A stretch of 64,000 bases of DNA from Henriciella sp. (GTDB lineage: Bacteria; Pseudomonadota; Alphaproteobacteria; Caulobacterales; Hyphomonadaceae): NCBI GenBank assembly GCA_965657655.1, contig CBFHPC010000001.1, positions 8,678-72,677 on the forward strand, read 5' to 3'. The notes below the pieces were generated by a model. That model made no database searches. It saw nothing but the letters and a program-made list of their open reading frames with translations, and had not been told where the DNA came from. Shown piece after piece: positions 34,305 to 45,190 of this stretch. Numbering within the stretch: the first letter of the stretch is position 1; each line of letters begins with the position of its first letter. A program made the translations under genes and the position numbers.

Positions 34305-35129
34305 ATGACGAGTGCACGAATTGATGCGCGGTTTAAGCAGGTTGCAGATGCAGGGCGAACGGCGCTGGTCTCGTATCTGATGGGTGGCGACCCCGATCTT
34401 GAAACCAGTTTCGAGATGCTCTGTGCGTTGCGTGATAATGGCGCCGATATTATCGAGCTCGGGGCGCCATTTACCGATCCAATGGCGGATGGACCGTCGA
34501 TACAGGAGGCGGCATTACGCGCCCTGGCCAATAATGTGACCCTGAAAGACGTTCTTGACCTGGCGCGCCGGTTCCGGCTTGAAGACGATACGACGCCTCT
34601 GGTCTTGATGGGCTATGCCAATCCGATCCATCATATGGGCTATGCTAATTTTGCTGTCGAAGCCGCGCAGGCCGGTATTGACGGGGCGATTGTTGTGGAT
34701 TTGCCTCCTGAAGAAGACGGTGGTTTGCGAGCGGCGTTCAAGACGCATGGCCTGTCGGTGATCCGGCTTGCAACCCCGACGACGAATGAGGCGCGGATGT
34801 CAGTGATCGCAGATGGCGCCAGCGGGTTTATCTATTATGTTGCTGTCGCCGGTGTGACCGGGGCCGGGGCGGCTGTTCCTGAAGATATTAAACCCGGTGT
34901 TGATATGGCCCGGAATGTCTCGGGTCTGCCGGTTTGTGTCGGCTTTGGGATTCGCAGCGGGGCGCAAGCCGTCGCAATGGCAGAAATTGCCGACGGGGTT
35001 GTTGTTGGCTCTGCTTTTGTGGATTATGCAAAACAGGCGGACATGCATAATGACCGGCAGTTGGTGGTTAATAATGTCGGTAAGCTGGCTGGTGACTTGA
35101 GGGCCGCTTTAGACGGTGATAGCGTCTAG
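34305..35129 (+). CDS. trpA: Tryptophan synthase alpha chain
   Basis: ELGAPFTDPMADGPSIQ, VDLPPEE, GFIYYV, GVTG, VGFGI. Confidence 0.98.
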   Translation: MTSARIDARFKQVADAGRTALVSYLMGGDPDLETSFEMLCALRDNGADIIELGAPFTDPMADGPSIQEAALRALANNVTLKDVLDLARRFRLEDDTTPLVLMGYANPIHHMGYANFAVEAAQAGIDGAIVVDLPPEEDGGLRAAFKTHGLSVIRLATPTTNEARMSVIADGASGFIYYVAVAGVTGAGAAVPEDIKPGVDMARNVSGLPVCVGFGIRSGAQAVAMAEIADGVVVGSAFVDYAKQADMHNDRQLVVNNVGKLAGDLRAALDGDSV

Positions 35130-35158
35130 AATCGATTGGAATTGGGAGCCGCAGAGCG

Positions 35159-36148
35159 ATGAATTGGCTTACAAATTTTAGGACGCCAGGCCTGAAAGAT
35201 CTTTTGGGGGGATCGCGTAAGGATACGCCGGACGATCTCTGGGTGAAATGCCCGCAGTCGGGCGAGCTCGTCTATCATTCCGACCTTGAAGAAAATTGTT
35301 TTGTAACCCCGGCTGGTGCGCATTTGCGAATCTCGCCGCGACACCGTTTCCGGCTGTTTTTTGATGGCGAACGCTGGGAGCCGGTTCCGCTTCCGGCGGT
35401 GGTGCAGGATCCGTTAAAGTTTAAGGATGACAAGCCTTATACGAGCCGCATTAAGGCGGCCAAGGCAAAGCTTTTAAAGCGGGACAAGCGCGAGGCGCCC
35501 GACAGCGGGGTGGTGCCGCCGGTTGCCCAGGATGATTGTATGGCCGCTGCCTTCGGGAAGATCGATGGCGTGCCAACAGTTGTTCTGGTTCAGGATTTTG
35601 CCTTTATGGGCGGTTCGCTTGGCATGGCGGCCGGCGAGGCCTTTATTGCGGCGGCGCGTCTGGCGCTGGCGCGTAAGGCGGCCCTGGTCGTTTGTACGGC
35701 CTCGGGAGGCGCCCGCATGCAGGAAGGCATATTGTCATTGATGCAGATGCCCAGAACCACGCTGGCGATCCAGGAGGTCAAGGATTCTGGCCTGCCTTAT
35801 ATTGTGATCCTGTGTGATCCGACATCTGGCGGTGTTCTGGCGTCATACGCTATGCTCGGAGATGTCCACATTGCAGAGCCCGGGGCGATGATCGCCTTTT
35901 CCGGACCACGGGTTATCGAGCAAACCATCCGGGAAAAATTACCGGAAGGCTTCCAGCGGTCAGAGTTTCTGCGCGAAAAGGGTCAGATCGATATCGTGTC
36001 CGACCGGCGACAGCTTAAGAGAACGCTGTCGACAGTGCTAAAGCATACGATGCAGCGTTTCGTCGGTGGCGGGAGCGATAAGCCTGATACACCTATCGTA
36101 CAGCCCTATGCTGATGTTCCAGTTTCAACGCAGAAGGGTGATGTTTGA
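35159..36148 (+). CDS. accD: Acetyl-CoA carboxylase carboxyltransferase beta subunit
   Basis: FMGGSLG, SGGARMQEGILSLMQM, GPRVIEQTIREKLPEGFQRSEFL. Confidence 0.97.
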   Translation: MNWLTNFRTPGLKDLLGGSRKDTPDDLWVKCPQSGELVYHSDLEENCFVTPAGAHLRISPRHRFRLFFDGERWEPVPLPAVVQDPLKFKDDKPYTSRIKAAKAKLLKRDKREAPDSGVVPPVAQDDCMAAAFGKIDGVPTVVLVQDFAFMGGSLGMAAGEAFIAAARLALARKAALVVCTASGGARMQEGILSLMQMPRTTLAIQEVKDSGLPYIVILCDPTSGGVLASYAMLGDVHIAEPGAMIAFSGPRVIEQTIREKLPEGFQRSEFLREKGQIDIVSDRRQLKRTLSTVLKHTMQRFVGGGSDKPDTPIVQPYADVPVSTQKGDV

Positions 36149-37395
36149 TTTACGATCATCCGGATGTAACCGCGGGACTGGCCGCATTTAAGGGCCTGTA
36201 TCCCGAGAAAATAGCCCTTTCTCTGGATCGCATCACGCACCTTCTCGATGCTTTGGGACGACCACAAGACCGCTTGCCGCCGGTGATCCATGTTGCCGGC
36301 ACGAATGGCAAAGGGTCAACATGTGCTTATTTGCGGGCCATGGCGGAAGCTCAGGGGCTGACGGTACATGTGTTTACGTCGCCCCACCTCGTCCGGTTTA
36401 ACGAACGTATTCGGCTGGCAGGACAGCTGATTGATGATGACAGATTAACTGCCTGGCTGTCGCGAACCCGGGCCGCTCTCGGCAATAACCAGATCACGCA
36501 TTTCGAAGCGACCACGGCGATGGCATTGCTTGCCTTTAGCGAGGTCCCGGCTGATTTGCTGATATTAGAGGTCGGGCTTGGTGGACGATTCGATGCAACC
36601 AATGTGATTGAAGCGCCCGCCCTAAGCGTCATCACTCCGATTGATTTCGACCATAAGCAATTCCTTGGGACTGACCTGGCAGCGATTGCGGCGGAGAAGG
36701 CCGGCATCATTAAGCCCAATTGTCCGGTTGCGACCGCGCCACAAGCCCGGGTCAGTGCTGAAATTATCGCCCGGACGGCAGCAGAAAATGGGTCGGTCCT
36801 GCAGGTTCTTTCGCTTGAAGATATTGAGCTTGTTCCCGAACAGGTCGCCCTGGCGGGTACGCACCAGCGCTACAACGCCGCCCTTGCCGGGCTCGCCCTT
36901 CGGATGGCTTTCGGATCGCGGATATCGTCCGCTGCAATCTGGGGTGGTGCGAAGACAGCCTCCTGGCCAGCGCGCCTGCAAAGACTGCGGTCCGGACCCT
37001 TAACCGATGTTGTCGGCGGAATTCCGGTCTGGCTGGATGGCGGACATAATCCGCATGCCGGCGGCGCGATTTCCGATGTTCTGCGTCAGATGGGCGGGCA
37101 GACAGTCCTGGTCAGTGCGATGATGGCTTCAAAAGATCATGGCGAATTCTTCCGCACCTTTGAGGGGGTTGTAGAGGATGTGCATACCGTGCCCAACGCA
37201 CAGGGACACCAGGGCGCCAACCCGGTCGAACTGGCCCAGGCGGCGGCCTTATACCTGCCACGGGCGACGGCGCACAAATCGCTTGAAGATGGTCTCAGGG
37301 CGGCAGCCGCGGCAGCGCCGGCACAGATTCTTATTTGCGGATCGCTGTATCTCGCCGGTGATGTTCTGGCGATGAATGAGGAATATCCGGCCTAG
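36145..37395 (+). CDS. folC: Folylpolyglutamate synthase/dihydrofolate synthase
   Basis: HVAGTNGKGS, FTSPHL, LEVGLGGRFDATN, LDGGHNP, CGSLYLAG. Confidence 0.97.
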   Translation: MIYDHPDVTAGLAAFKGLYPEKIALSLDRITHLLDALGRPQDRLPPVIHVAGTNGKGSTCAYLRAMAEAQGLTVHVFTSPHLVRFNERIRLAGQLIDDDRLTAWLSRTRAALGNNQITHFEATTAMALLAFSEVPADLLILEVGLGGRFDATNVIEAPALSVITPIDFDHKQFLGTDLAAIAAEKAGIIKPNCPVATAPQARVSAEIIARTAAENGSVLQVLSLEDIELVPEQVALAGTHQRYNAALAGLALRMAFGSRISSAAIWGGAKTASWPARLQRLRSGPLTDVVGGIPVWLDGGHNPHAGGAISDVLRQMGGQTVLVSAMMASKDHGEFFRTFEGVVEDVHTVPNAQGHQGANPVELAQAAALYLPRATAHKSLEDGLRAAAAAAPAQILICGSLYLAGDVLAMNEEYPA

Positions 37396-38198
37396 GCGTT
37401 TTTAATGCTCATGCCACCGTCAACCGGAATGACCGCGCCATTAATATAGGATGCTGCCGGCAGACATAGTGAAAACGTAATATGTGCCACTTCTTCCGGG
37501 ATGCCGTAACGTCTTAACGGAACTCTACGCTTGGCATAAATCTCTTTATGTTCGTCGCTGATGCCATCGGTGATGCCGGTAATAATAGGGCCGGGGCAGA
37601 TGCAATTGCAGGTTACACCTTCACGGCCAAGATCCACAGCCATCGCCCGTGTCAGGCCGATAACGCCGTGCTTGGCGGCAACATAGGGGCCGTTGCGGGG
37701 GGTTGCGCCAAGCCCTTCGGTTGATGCGATATTGACCACTCGTCCACCCTCCGGGGATGCGATCAAATAGGGCAGCGCGGCCCGTATCATCCGTTGATGC
37801 GATGTTAGCATGACATCGAGGCTGTGCTGCCAGACCTCATCATAGGCGTCATCCTGCGGCACAACCGGGCGCGCAAATCCGGCATTGTTGACGATGATAT
37901 CGAGCCCACCGAATCTATCGACAGTGCCGGATACAGCATCTTGAATTGCCACGGGGTCTGCGACATCTAGCGCCATGGCAAGCACGTCAGAATGACCAGC
38001 AGCTATTATTTCGTCAGCAACCGCCTGGGTGCCGGCCGCATGCAAATCAGTGACAACGACATTTGCGCCTTCCGCGGCAAACAAATGTGCCGTTGCCCGG
38101 CCCATCCCGCTCGCGGCCCCGGTGATCAGAACAGTTTTGCCAGCGACCGAACGGTTCAGGGTTTTATATGGTAACATGATTTTCTCAATCGTTTTCAT
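37392..38198 (-). CDS. SDR family oxidoreductase
   Basis: TGAASGMG, NNAG, YVAAK, PVDGG. Confidence 0.95.
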   Translation of the reverse strand: MKTIEKIMLPYKTLNRSVAGKTVLITGAASGMGRATAHLFAAEGANVVVTDLHAAGTQAVADEIIAAGHSDVLAMALDVADPVAIQDAVSGTVDRFGGLDIIVNNAGFARPVVPQDDAYDEVWQHSLDVMLTSHQRMIRAALPYLIASPEGGRVVNIASTEGLGATPRNGPYVAAKHGVIGLTRAMAVDLGREGVTCNCICPGPIITGITDGISDEHKEIYAKRRVPLRRYGIPEEVAHITFSLCLPAASYINGAVIPVDGGMSIKNA

Positions 38199-38260
38199 CT
38201 GTCAGCAGTCGGAGTCCGACCGTTAACGGGCAGGGCAGATAGATTATTCTGGCGGGATAT

Positions 38261-38578
38261 TTATAGGTTTTCGTTGATCCAGTCCGATATTCTTTTTTGC
38301 GACATTGCCCCGGTTTTTGTCTGAACCATCTTTCCGTTTTTGAACAGCATCAGGGTCGGCAAGCCTTGAACACCGTAAAGTGAGGCTGCCATCGGATTCT
38401 CGTCGACATTGATTTTGGCTATGCGGACTTTCTCGCCCATCGATTCAGCGACTGCGTCGAGATGCGGCGCCATTTGTTTACAAGGGCTGCACCATTCGGC
38501 CCAGAAATCGACAACAGTTGGCTTGCTGTCAGCAATCACGGTTTCGAAATTGTCATCATTAATATGTTCGGCGGCCAT
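38261..38578 (-). CDS. trxA: Thioredoxin (WCSPC active site)
   Basis: VVDFWAEWCSPCK, KINVDEN, GLPTLMLFKNG; standard position after addA. Confidence 0.93.
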   Translation of the reverse strand: MAAEHINDDNFETVIADSKPTVVDFWAEWCSPCKQMAPHLDAVAESMGEKVRIAKINVDENPMAASLYGVQGLPTLMLFKNGKMVQTKTGAMSQKRISDWINENL

Positions 38579-38629
38579 TATCATATCCCTCAAATATTGT
38601 TGTTTTAAGATAGTTAGAGTCTTGCGCGA

Positions 38630-41600
38630 TTAAATACTACTATTTGACCTATTTAGAATTGCTCTGAGGTCATCCGTCTCAAGCTCTATCAGCACCGGAC
38701 CATCTGTATAGAGCAGACCGCACCGGATCGTATGCGTCGGGTAGATATTCGACAATATATCTGCATATGCTGCCATCTGGCCTTTATGCGAAATATCAAT
38801 CTGACTGTGATCGGGTGGACATGGCCGGTCGGATTTGAAGTCAATAATGAAAACAGTGTCATTTTCGATTATGAGACGATCCACACGGCCGCTTATCCGG
38901 AGCCCGTTTGTCAGTTTCCCGGCAATAGCAACCTCACTGCGACCGGATTTTGAAAAAATCGCTCCGAAGCCTGGATGCTCGAATGTCGAAAATGTCACGT
39001 CAATTATCTCTGCCTGCTCTTCTCGTGAAAGATCGGCCGCCCGGGCCATGAATGTTTCGGCCCGACGGCGCCGTTCGGCTTCGGGCAGGTCTGGTAGTAT
39101 TTGTAGCAGGGAATGGATCAGGCGCCCTCGCCGCAGGCCGAAACGCCGCGCGTCGCTTATCGGCGCTGTCACCGCACTATCGGAACTGAATAGTTTGCTT
39201 GGCGCCGCCAGCCTTTGGTCGCGCCGTGTATCGGCGACCGCCTTATCCAGCCAGTCCGGTGGATCTGACCGATCGGGCCGGGTCGGTTTTGTCCTGGAAG
39301 ATTGCGGGCTCTCCGCTCCGAAAATCAACCGGTTCTCGGGGCCTGTCGCAGGAATATTCTGGTTTAAAAGACGGCTCATCGCCAACATGCAATAGCGATA
39401 CCAGGCTGTGTCGGAGAATCCGTTTTTCGTTTTTCCGGTAGCCGCACCACATATGATTAACCGGTCTTGCGCCCGTGTCATTGCAACATATAGCAGACGC
39501 CGCGATTCGCGTTCATTGGCTTCATCCTGCCTGGTTCTGGCAGCGCGCGTGACGTCACTGTCATTTATGGTTTTTTGAACGTACAAAGGCACCCCGTTGG
39601 GGCCGACGAAGATCTGACGATCGGTTTTTTCCGTGCTTTTGGTTGTGTCGGGTAGAATAACGACTGGTGCTTGCAGCCCTTTTGCACCGTGCACAGTCAT
39701 GACTCTGACAAAGCCACTGGCATCTGCAAGGTCACGCTTGATCTCGCTGTGATTGGCTTCGGTGTTTGCCAGAAATGCTTGCAAACTCGCCGCTTCGTTC
39801 AGATCATAGTCAAGCGCCCGGTTAAGCAGCGCCTGCACCGGATCGCGAGCCGGCTCGCCGAGTCTGGCAATCAGCTGGTCCCAGCCATTCATATTTTCCG
39901 AGGCCTCGCCATGCAGATGCAGGTTTAGAAATTCGAAAGCTGGCAGGTGTTTTGATGCCAGCAAATTGTTGCAGAAGGCGATCGCCGGGGCGAAACGATC
40001 GTCTGTCTGGTTTTGCAGGCTCTGCCAGAGGCTTTCGGTTTTTGCGCGGCCGAAGGCGACTGGAAATAGGTATCGGTCATCATCTACCAGCCCGCAGAAT
40101 TGCCCCCTCAATATTTCTGCAAGGGTCAGATCATCATCAGGCTGCAGCACGAACCGAATGAGATTGAGACAATCCTGAACGGCCAGACTATCCAGTATTT
40201 TTAGCCGGTCTGCCCCGCCAACCGGAATGTTGTGACGTTTTAGCTCGTCAATAATCGAATCGAACAAGATATTGCGGCGCCGAACGAGAATAAGGATATC
40301 AGCCGGTCTGACGGCTTGTCTTTGCCATTGCCTATTGGAATTTTCACGCCAGACCGTTTCCCCATTTCTGATCATCTCCGCAACCGCGGTCGCGATTTTT
40401 GTCGCCAGCAGCCGGCCTGGTGCTTGCGGCGGGACGTGATCAATCGGCGCATCCCAATTACTCTGATTGTCTTTATCGGCCTTGACGACCAACGGCCAGA
40501 GTTCGACCTGTCCGGGCTGGTTTTCCCGCCGGGCTGTGTGCTGGGATATAGCAATACCGGCTTTATCGCCTGGGTTCACGGCTGTCTGGTCGATTGGGGC
40601 GGCGGTCTGAACCGCATCAACATAGGTCAGGATTTCCGGCGATGACCGGAACGACATGGCCATTTCGGGCATGTTTGGCTGGTTTAGAAGGCTTTCCTGC
40701 TGGCTTTCAAAGCTCGTCTTCTGGGCCAGGAATTCTTCCTGATCTGCACCCTGAAAGGAATAGATCGACTGTTTGGGATCGCCGACGACAAACTGGGTTC
40801 TCGGGTCGCCGCGTCGCGCGGCCGCTTCGCCCGAATGAAACTCGCCAACCAGCGCATTGATCAGCTGCCACTGATCGGGACTTGTGTCCTGCGCCTCATC
40901 AACAAGAATGTGACTGATGTCGCCGTCGAGTTTGTACAGGACCCACTGCGCCATGGATGAGGTATTCAGAAGCCGTAATGTAATGGCAATCAGGTCGTCA
41001 AAATCGAGTAGACCGCGCTCGGCTTTCAACTTCTGATAATGCTGGATCAGCGGGCCACCAATTTCTAATAACGCTGTTGTACGCTCCAGGATTACAGCCT
41101 GTGAGTAGGCTGCATGGACGGCTTTGAGGCGACTTATTTCGCGCCCTTCAGGGCCGAGACCGTCGGTTTTCCGGATGTATAAAGTTTCCGTGACGCCGCC
41201 TTTGAGGGCTGTTGTGAAGGGATTGGATTTGCTCGACCATTCCCATTTTGCACCTGCAATCGTTGTTAAATAGGTCTCGAAAGCAGCCCGTTGATCTCCG
41301 GCGTTTAGAACTTCCATCAGCCCGTCATATAGCTTCCGGTTTTTGGGGACGTCCGGATAGGCCGAAAGCTCTTGCAACGCTTCGTGAATGGCCGATCTTG
41401 GTAAATCATCACCCATGGCCGCAGCTAGAATTTCGCTGGGTGTCTGAGGCCCGGCGCCGAGTTCGGCGCGAATTTCATCCCGCAAGGAGCGGGTTTTGTC
41501 GCGACGGGTGAGAAATCGTAGGGCACCGACTTCCGGCGATTTCAGAAGGTCGAGGCTGGTGATGACCCCGCGTCCGCGGGCGGCTTCAGATAGTATCGCC

Positions 41601-42184
41601 AGGGCATCTGCCTGGGTTTCGGCTATCATTTCGACATGCGTATCAATCACCTCACGCCACAGGCTGGCGGCCTGGGTTTCATCAAGTTCCTGAAATCCGG
41701 CCGGAATATTTGCTTCGAGTGGAAACCGGCGAAGAACGCGCGCACAGAATGCGTGAATGGTTTCAATTCTCAGCCCGCCCGGGGTTTCGAGCGCCCGTGC
41801 AAACAGAGACCTTGCCTGTTCGAGGGCGCTTTGATCATAAGTGGCGGCCTCCCGGCCCTCGAGCTGGGACAGCTGCGCACGCAATTTATCGTCACTGGCA
41901 ATTGACCATGTTCCCAGCCGGTCGAACAGGCGGGACAGCATTTCGTTGGCCGCCGCCTTGGTATAGGTCAGGCACAGGATTGAGTCCGGTCTGGCCCCTG
42001 CCCGCCCGTCGGGCCGCCGCAGCAGGAGCCGTGCCACCCGGTCAATCAGTACTTTTGTTTTGCCCGAGCCAGCATTGGCCTCGACCCAAGCAGAGCGGTT
42101 CGGATCGGCGGCGTCTGCCTGCGCCCTGATAGCGTCTTGAAAGGCCGGACTGTCAACCGGTATCACAGGCTCGAAACTAGTCAT
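38630..42184 (-). CDS. addA: Double-strand break repair helicase/nuclease AddA
   Basis: ANAGSGKT, LVDEAQDT, VGDPKQSIY, TVHGAKGL, YVAMTRA, C-terminal nuclease GRVDRL...IDFKS. Confidence 0.97.
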   Translation of the reverse strand: MTSFEPVIPVDSPAFQDAIRAQADAADPNRSAWVEANAGSGKTKVLIDRVARLLLRRPDGRAGARPDSILCLTYTKAAANEMLSRLFDRLGTWSIASDDKLRAQLSQLEGREAATYDQSALEQARSLFARALETPGGLRIETIHAFCARVLRRFPLEANIPAGFQELDETQAASLWREVIDTHVEMIAETQADALAILSEAARGRGVITSLDLLKSPEVGALRFLTRRDKTRSLRDEIRAELGAGPQTPSEILAAAMGDDLPRSAIHEALQELSAYPDVPKNRKLYDGLMEVLNAGDQRAAFETYLTTIAGAKWEWSSKSNPFTTALKGGVTETLYIRKTDGLGPEGREISRLKAVHAAYSQAVILERTTALLEIGGPLIQHYQKLKAERGLLDFDDLIAITLRLLNTSSMAQWVLYKLDGDISHILVDEAQDTSPDQWQLINALVGEFHSGEAAARRGDPRTQFVVGDPKQSIYSFQGADQEEFLAQKTSFESQQESLLNQPNMPEMAMSFRSSPEILTYVDAVQTAAPIDQTAVNPGDKAGIAISQHTARRENQPGQVELWPLVVKADKDNQSNWDAPIDHVPPQAPGRLLATKIATAVAEMIRNGETVWRENSNRQWQRQAVRPADILILVRRRNILFDSIIDELKRHNIPVGGADRLKILDSLAVQDCLNLIRFVLQPDDDLTLAEILRGQFCGLVDDDRYLFPVAFGRAKTESLWQSLQNQTDDRFAPAIAFCNNLLASKHLPAFEFLNLHLHGEASENMNGWDQLIARLGEPARDPVQALLNRALDYDLNEAASLQAFLANTEANHSEIKRDLADASGFVRVMTVHGAKGLQAPVVILPDTTKSTEKTDRQIFVGPNGVPLYVQKTINDSDVTRAARTRQDEANERESRRLLYVAMTRAQDRLIICGAATGKTKNGFSDTAWYRYCMLAMSRLLNQNIPATGPENRLIFGAESPQSSRTKPTRPDRSDPPDWLDKAVADTRRDQRLAAPSKLFSSDSAVTAPISDARRFGLRRGRLIHSLLQILPDLPEAERRRRAETFMARAADLSREEQAEIIDVTFSTFEHPGFGAIFSKSGRSEVAIAGKLTNGLRISGRVDRLIIENDTVFIIDFKSDRPCPPDHSQIDISHKGQMAAYADILSNIYPTHTIRCGLLYTDGPVLIELETDDLRAILNRSNSSI

Positions 42185-45100
42185 ATTCGTCAAACCCCGC
42201 CCATTCGACGCGTCGCGACAGACGGTCATAATCGAGTTGGTGCTTCAAGCGCTCCGGTCTCGGCGCGTTCAGATACGGATGACCCGGATCCGCAAAGGTC
42301 TTGAGCAGCTTTAAAAGACCGGCCTCGGTGGTCTCGACCAGCGTCTGTGCGTCGTCACCCTCCGCGATGAGGCTGACTTCGAAGTCAGTACCGATACGTA
42401 TATAAGAAAAAGCGGCCGGTTTTCGTTGCGGGGCGAGACCATCAAACCGGCCTTTCTGGGCGATCAGTCCGAGGAGGGGTAGCTGCGGCTCAAGACCGGC
42501 TGTGACTTGTGATTTTGATGCCAATTGGCCGCTTTTGAAATCAACAATACTGATCTCATCATGCCGATATTGATCAATGCGGTCGGCCTTTCCGGTCAAG
42601 GTAAATACGTCCGAGCCGAGATTAATCTCCAACCGGCCACTGGCTTCGATTTTAGGCCGGCCGCTAATCTGTGCGGCGGTATCGCGATGCCAGGCCATGA
42701 AGGTCTGGATCGCGCGCAGACGTGCATGCCTCAGTGAAATGAGATCCGCTGTCTTATGTCCCGCCAGTGTCAGCTCGGCTTCCAGCCTGGCGAGAAACGC
42801 CCCCGCGGATTGGTCCCGATCATGCTTTTCAAAATATTCGACCGCGGAATGGATTGCCGACCCCGTGCGCCGGACATCGGCGCCGGAATCAAGTGGATCA
42901 ATCTTTTCGAGGCCAAGAATATACCTGCAATAGATCGAATATGGGTCGCGAATAAGGGTCTCGATCCGGGTCACTGACAGGCGTTTTGGACGCGCGCTGG
43001 CCGGCGGTTTGGGCTGTGGCTTCACGGCTGCCGGGGACGGTATATCTGACGCGCGCTTGAGGTGGCCTGTCCAGTTTTTCGGATTGGTGACCGGGTCCGG
43101 TGCAAGCAGGGCCGCGGCTTTGTCTTCACCAAGTGCGCCGCGTGCCAGCATCCGCATTCGCCATATCCAGCGGGAGGCCAGGGCTGGCGCGTCATCCCGC
43201 CTTTTGGCGTAAAGCATGGTCACATTCGCCGTACAGGCAAATTGGGCAAAATCATGAGCCGAAAGCCCGATCCGTTCATCGGGGTCGGACAGGCCGACTT
43301 CGCGGCGTAATTTACGCGGCAGGAAGGAATCCTGACCGGGCTGGGCAGGCCATAAGCCCTCATTGAGGCCAGCCAGAATAATGTGGTCGGCGGATTGCAG
43401 GCGCGCCTCCAACGGACCCCATATTGCAATCTGCGAACTTTCTGTTTCAGGCGGCACAAACACTTTGTTCATCTCTGACCGGATGATGTCATGCATTGCG
43501 AGGAGACTTATAGGACCAATTGGGCCGGTCATATCGGCGAGATGGTCGAATAAGGATGACAGTGCCTCGCCAGCCTCGCCGGTCCACGGGTGCGGTGGCT
43601 CACAGAGTTTCGAGCATAGCTCAAGAATGGCCGCAAGAATATCCGGCCCGGAGCCATTTGACCGGTCACCAAGCAATGTGCCGGCTTTGTTAGCAAGATC
43701 GGCAACATGCCGGACAAGGTCGAGCGCCCGTTCGGTGTCGGCTGCACTGACCTGACAGAATTCGCCGGTCAGCGTGGCATTTACACGGGTGATTAGCTCC
43801 GTCATGTCGGTCCAGTTTCTCGGCCCCCTCAGCGCATGCCGGTCGAGGGTCATGACGGTGCCGGTATCAAGGCAGACCAGAGGATGCTTCAACAAGGCCA
43901 TGAGTCTTACCGGATCGCCGGGGTCCAGCAGCCAGTCTGTGACGAGCAATACCAGACTGCCGGCCGGAGTCTGGTGCAGACCGGTTCCGGCTGATGGCGT
44001 ACATATAATGCCATATTTTTTTAATTGTGCGCTCACACGTCTGGCGAGTCCGGCATCCGGTGTGACCAATGCCGCTGTCTGGTCTTTTTTTTCAAAGGTC
44101 TGCCGTAATAGAAGCGTGGCAAGCTCGGCTTCTTCGGTTTCATCAGCGGCCTCGATATGGCTCAGGCCGTTGAGTGCGTCGCGAATAAAGGCCTCTTGCC
44201 CCTTTTCATTGGTCAGCATTTGCAGGCGCGTGGTCCAGGCTGCGGTATCTTCGGCCGGCGCCAGCGATTCGCTGATGATTTGGCGACGTGCCCGATTATT
44301 CTCATTGTCGGGAATGCCGGGCCATTCCTCGACATGACCGAGGTCGAAATTCAGTTCTTCAAGGGTCCGCAATAAGGAGAATTGCGGGTGATTGGGTTCA
44401 GCCAGTATTCGTGACTGACTGCGCACTGAGAGTTCACAATCGAGACCGGGCAGGACAATGAGACCGAGCGGTGCATCGAGCGCGGCTTGCATCAGCACCC
44501 GGCTTGCCGGGGTCGAGCCGGTCGAGCCGGCGATGATCAGCGGGCCTTTGGGGGGGTGATGTTGCCAAGCCTCGGCCATTGCCGTGGCGGCCGCGAGACG
44601 TCTTGTATAAGGGTCCATAGCCTTGGCATCGCTCAGGGTCTGCGGCCATTGCTCATATATGATTTTGAGGAAAGCAACGGATTTCTGCCAGTGGATAGCA
44701 AGGTCCTCGTCAAGTATCAGTGCGTCGAGTAGCTGCCAGTCGACATTGCCCGACAGCGCGCTCTGATCAAGCAATTGTGCCAGTTCTTCGGCCGCTGATA
44801 TTGCCGCACTCGGGGCGTAGTCAAACTCCTGCGCCCGGTGAAAAGCGAGGATCAGGCGGGCCAGTTCTCCGATACGCCGACCCGCTGGGATAACCGGAGG
44901 CAGGTCGCTAATACTGGCCTCGACGCTGGGCGGCGGCTCTGCTGTTTCCAGATCACCAAGGACCCGGATATCGGGCAGCATCAGGGACGCTTCTTCATTT
45001 GCTTCGAAGAGTGAATAGGCGAGGGCGCGTGCGGAACGGCGATTGGGGACATAAATGATCGTATCAGCCAATAAGGCCGGATCACCACGCGCAACAAGTT

Positions 45101-45188
45101 CGCGTTTCAAGCCGGCAGATAGAGTCTTCAAAAATGGCAAGCCCGCGGGAATCGTTCGAATTCGGGAAGAAGACGGTGAAAATAGCAT
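42177..45188 (-). CDS. addB: Double-strand break repair protein AddB
   Basis: PNRRSAR, AGSTGSTP, ALVTPD, GPLEARLQ, LSVTRIETLIRDPY, GKADRID...VDFKSG. Confidence 0.96.
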   Translation of the reverse strand: MLFSPSSSRIRTIPAGLPFLKTLSAGLKRELVARGDPALLADTIIYVPNRRSARALAYSLFEANEEASLMLPDIRVLGDLETAEPPPSVEASISDLPPVIPAGRRIGELARLILAFHRAQEFDYAPSAAISAAEELAQLLDQSALSGNVDWQLLDALILDEDLAIHWQKSVAFLKIIYEQWPQTLSDAKAMDPYTRRLAAATAMAEAWQHHPPKGPLIIAGSTGSTPASRVLMQAALDAPLGLIVLPGLDCELSVRSQSRILAEPNHPQFSLLRTLEELNFDLGHVEEWPGIPDNENNRARRQIISESLAPAEDTAAWTTRLQMLTNEKGQEAFIRDALNGLSHIEAADETEEAELATLLLRQTFEKKDQTAALVTPDAGLARRVSAQLKKYGIICTPSAGTGLHQTPAGSLVLLVTDWLLDPGDPVRLMALLKHPLVCLDTGTVMTLDRHALRGPRNWTDMTELITRVNATLTGEFCQVSAADTERALDLVRHVADLANKAGTLLGDRSNGSGPDILAAILELCSKLCEPPHPWTGEAGEALSSLFDHLADMTGPIGPISLLAMHDIIRSEMNKVFVPPETESSQIAIWGPLEARLQSADHIILAGLNEGLWPAQPGQDSFLPRKLRREVGLSDPDERIGLSAHDFAQFACTANVTMLYAKRRDDAPALASRWIWRMRMLARGALGEDKAAALLAPDPVTNPKNWTGHLKRASDIPSPAAVKPQPKPPASARPKRLSVTRIETLIRDPYSIYCRYILGLEKIDPLDSGADVRRTGSAIHSAVEYFEKHDRDQSAGAFLARLEAELTLAGHKTADLISLRHARLRAIQTFMAWHRDTAAQISGRPKIEASGRLEINLGSDVFTLTGKADRIDQYRHDEISIVDFKSGQLASKSQVTAGLEPQLPLLGLIAQKGRFDGLAPQRKPAAFSYIRIGTDFEVSLIAEGDDAQTLVETTEAGLLKLLKTFADPGHPYLNAPRPERLKHQLDYDRLSRRVEWAGFDEYD

Positions 45189-45190
45189 CT

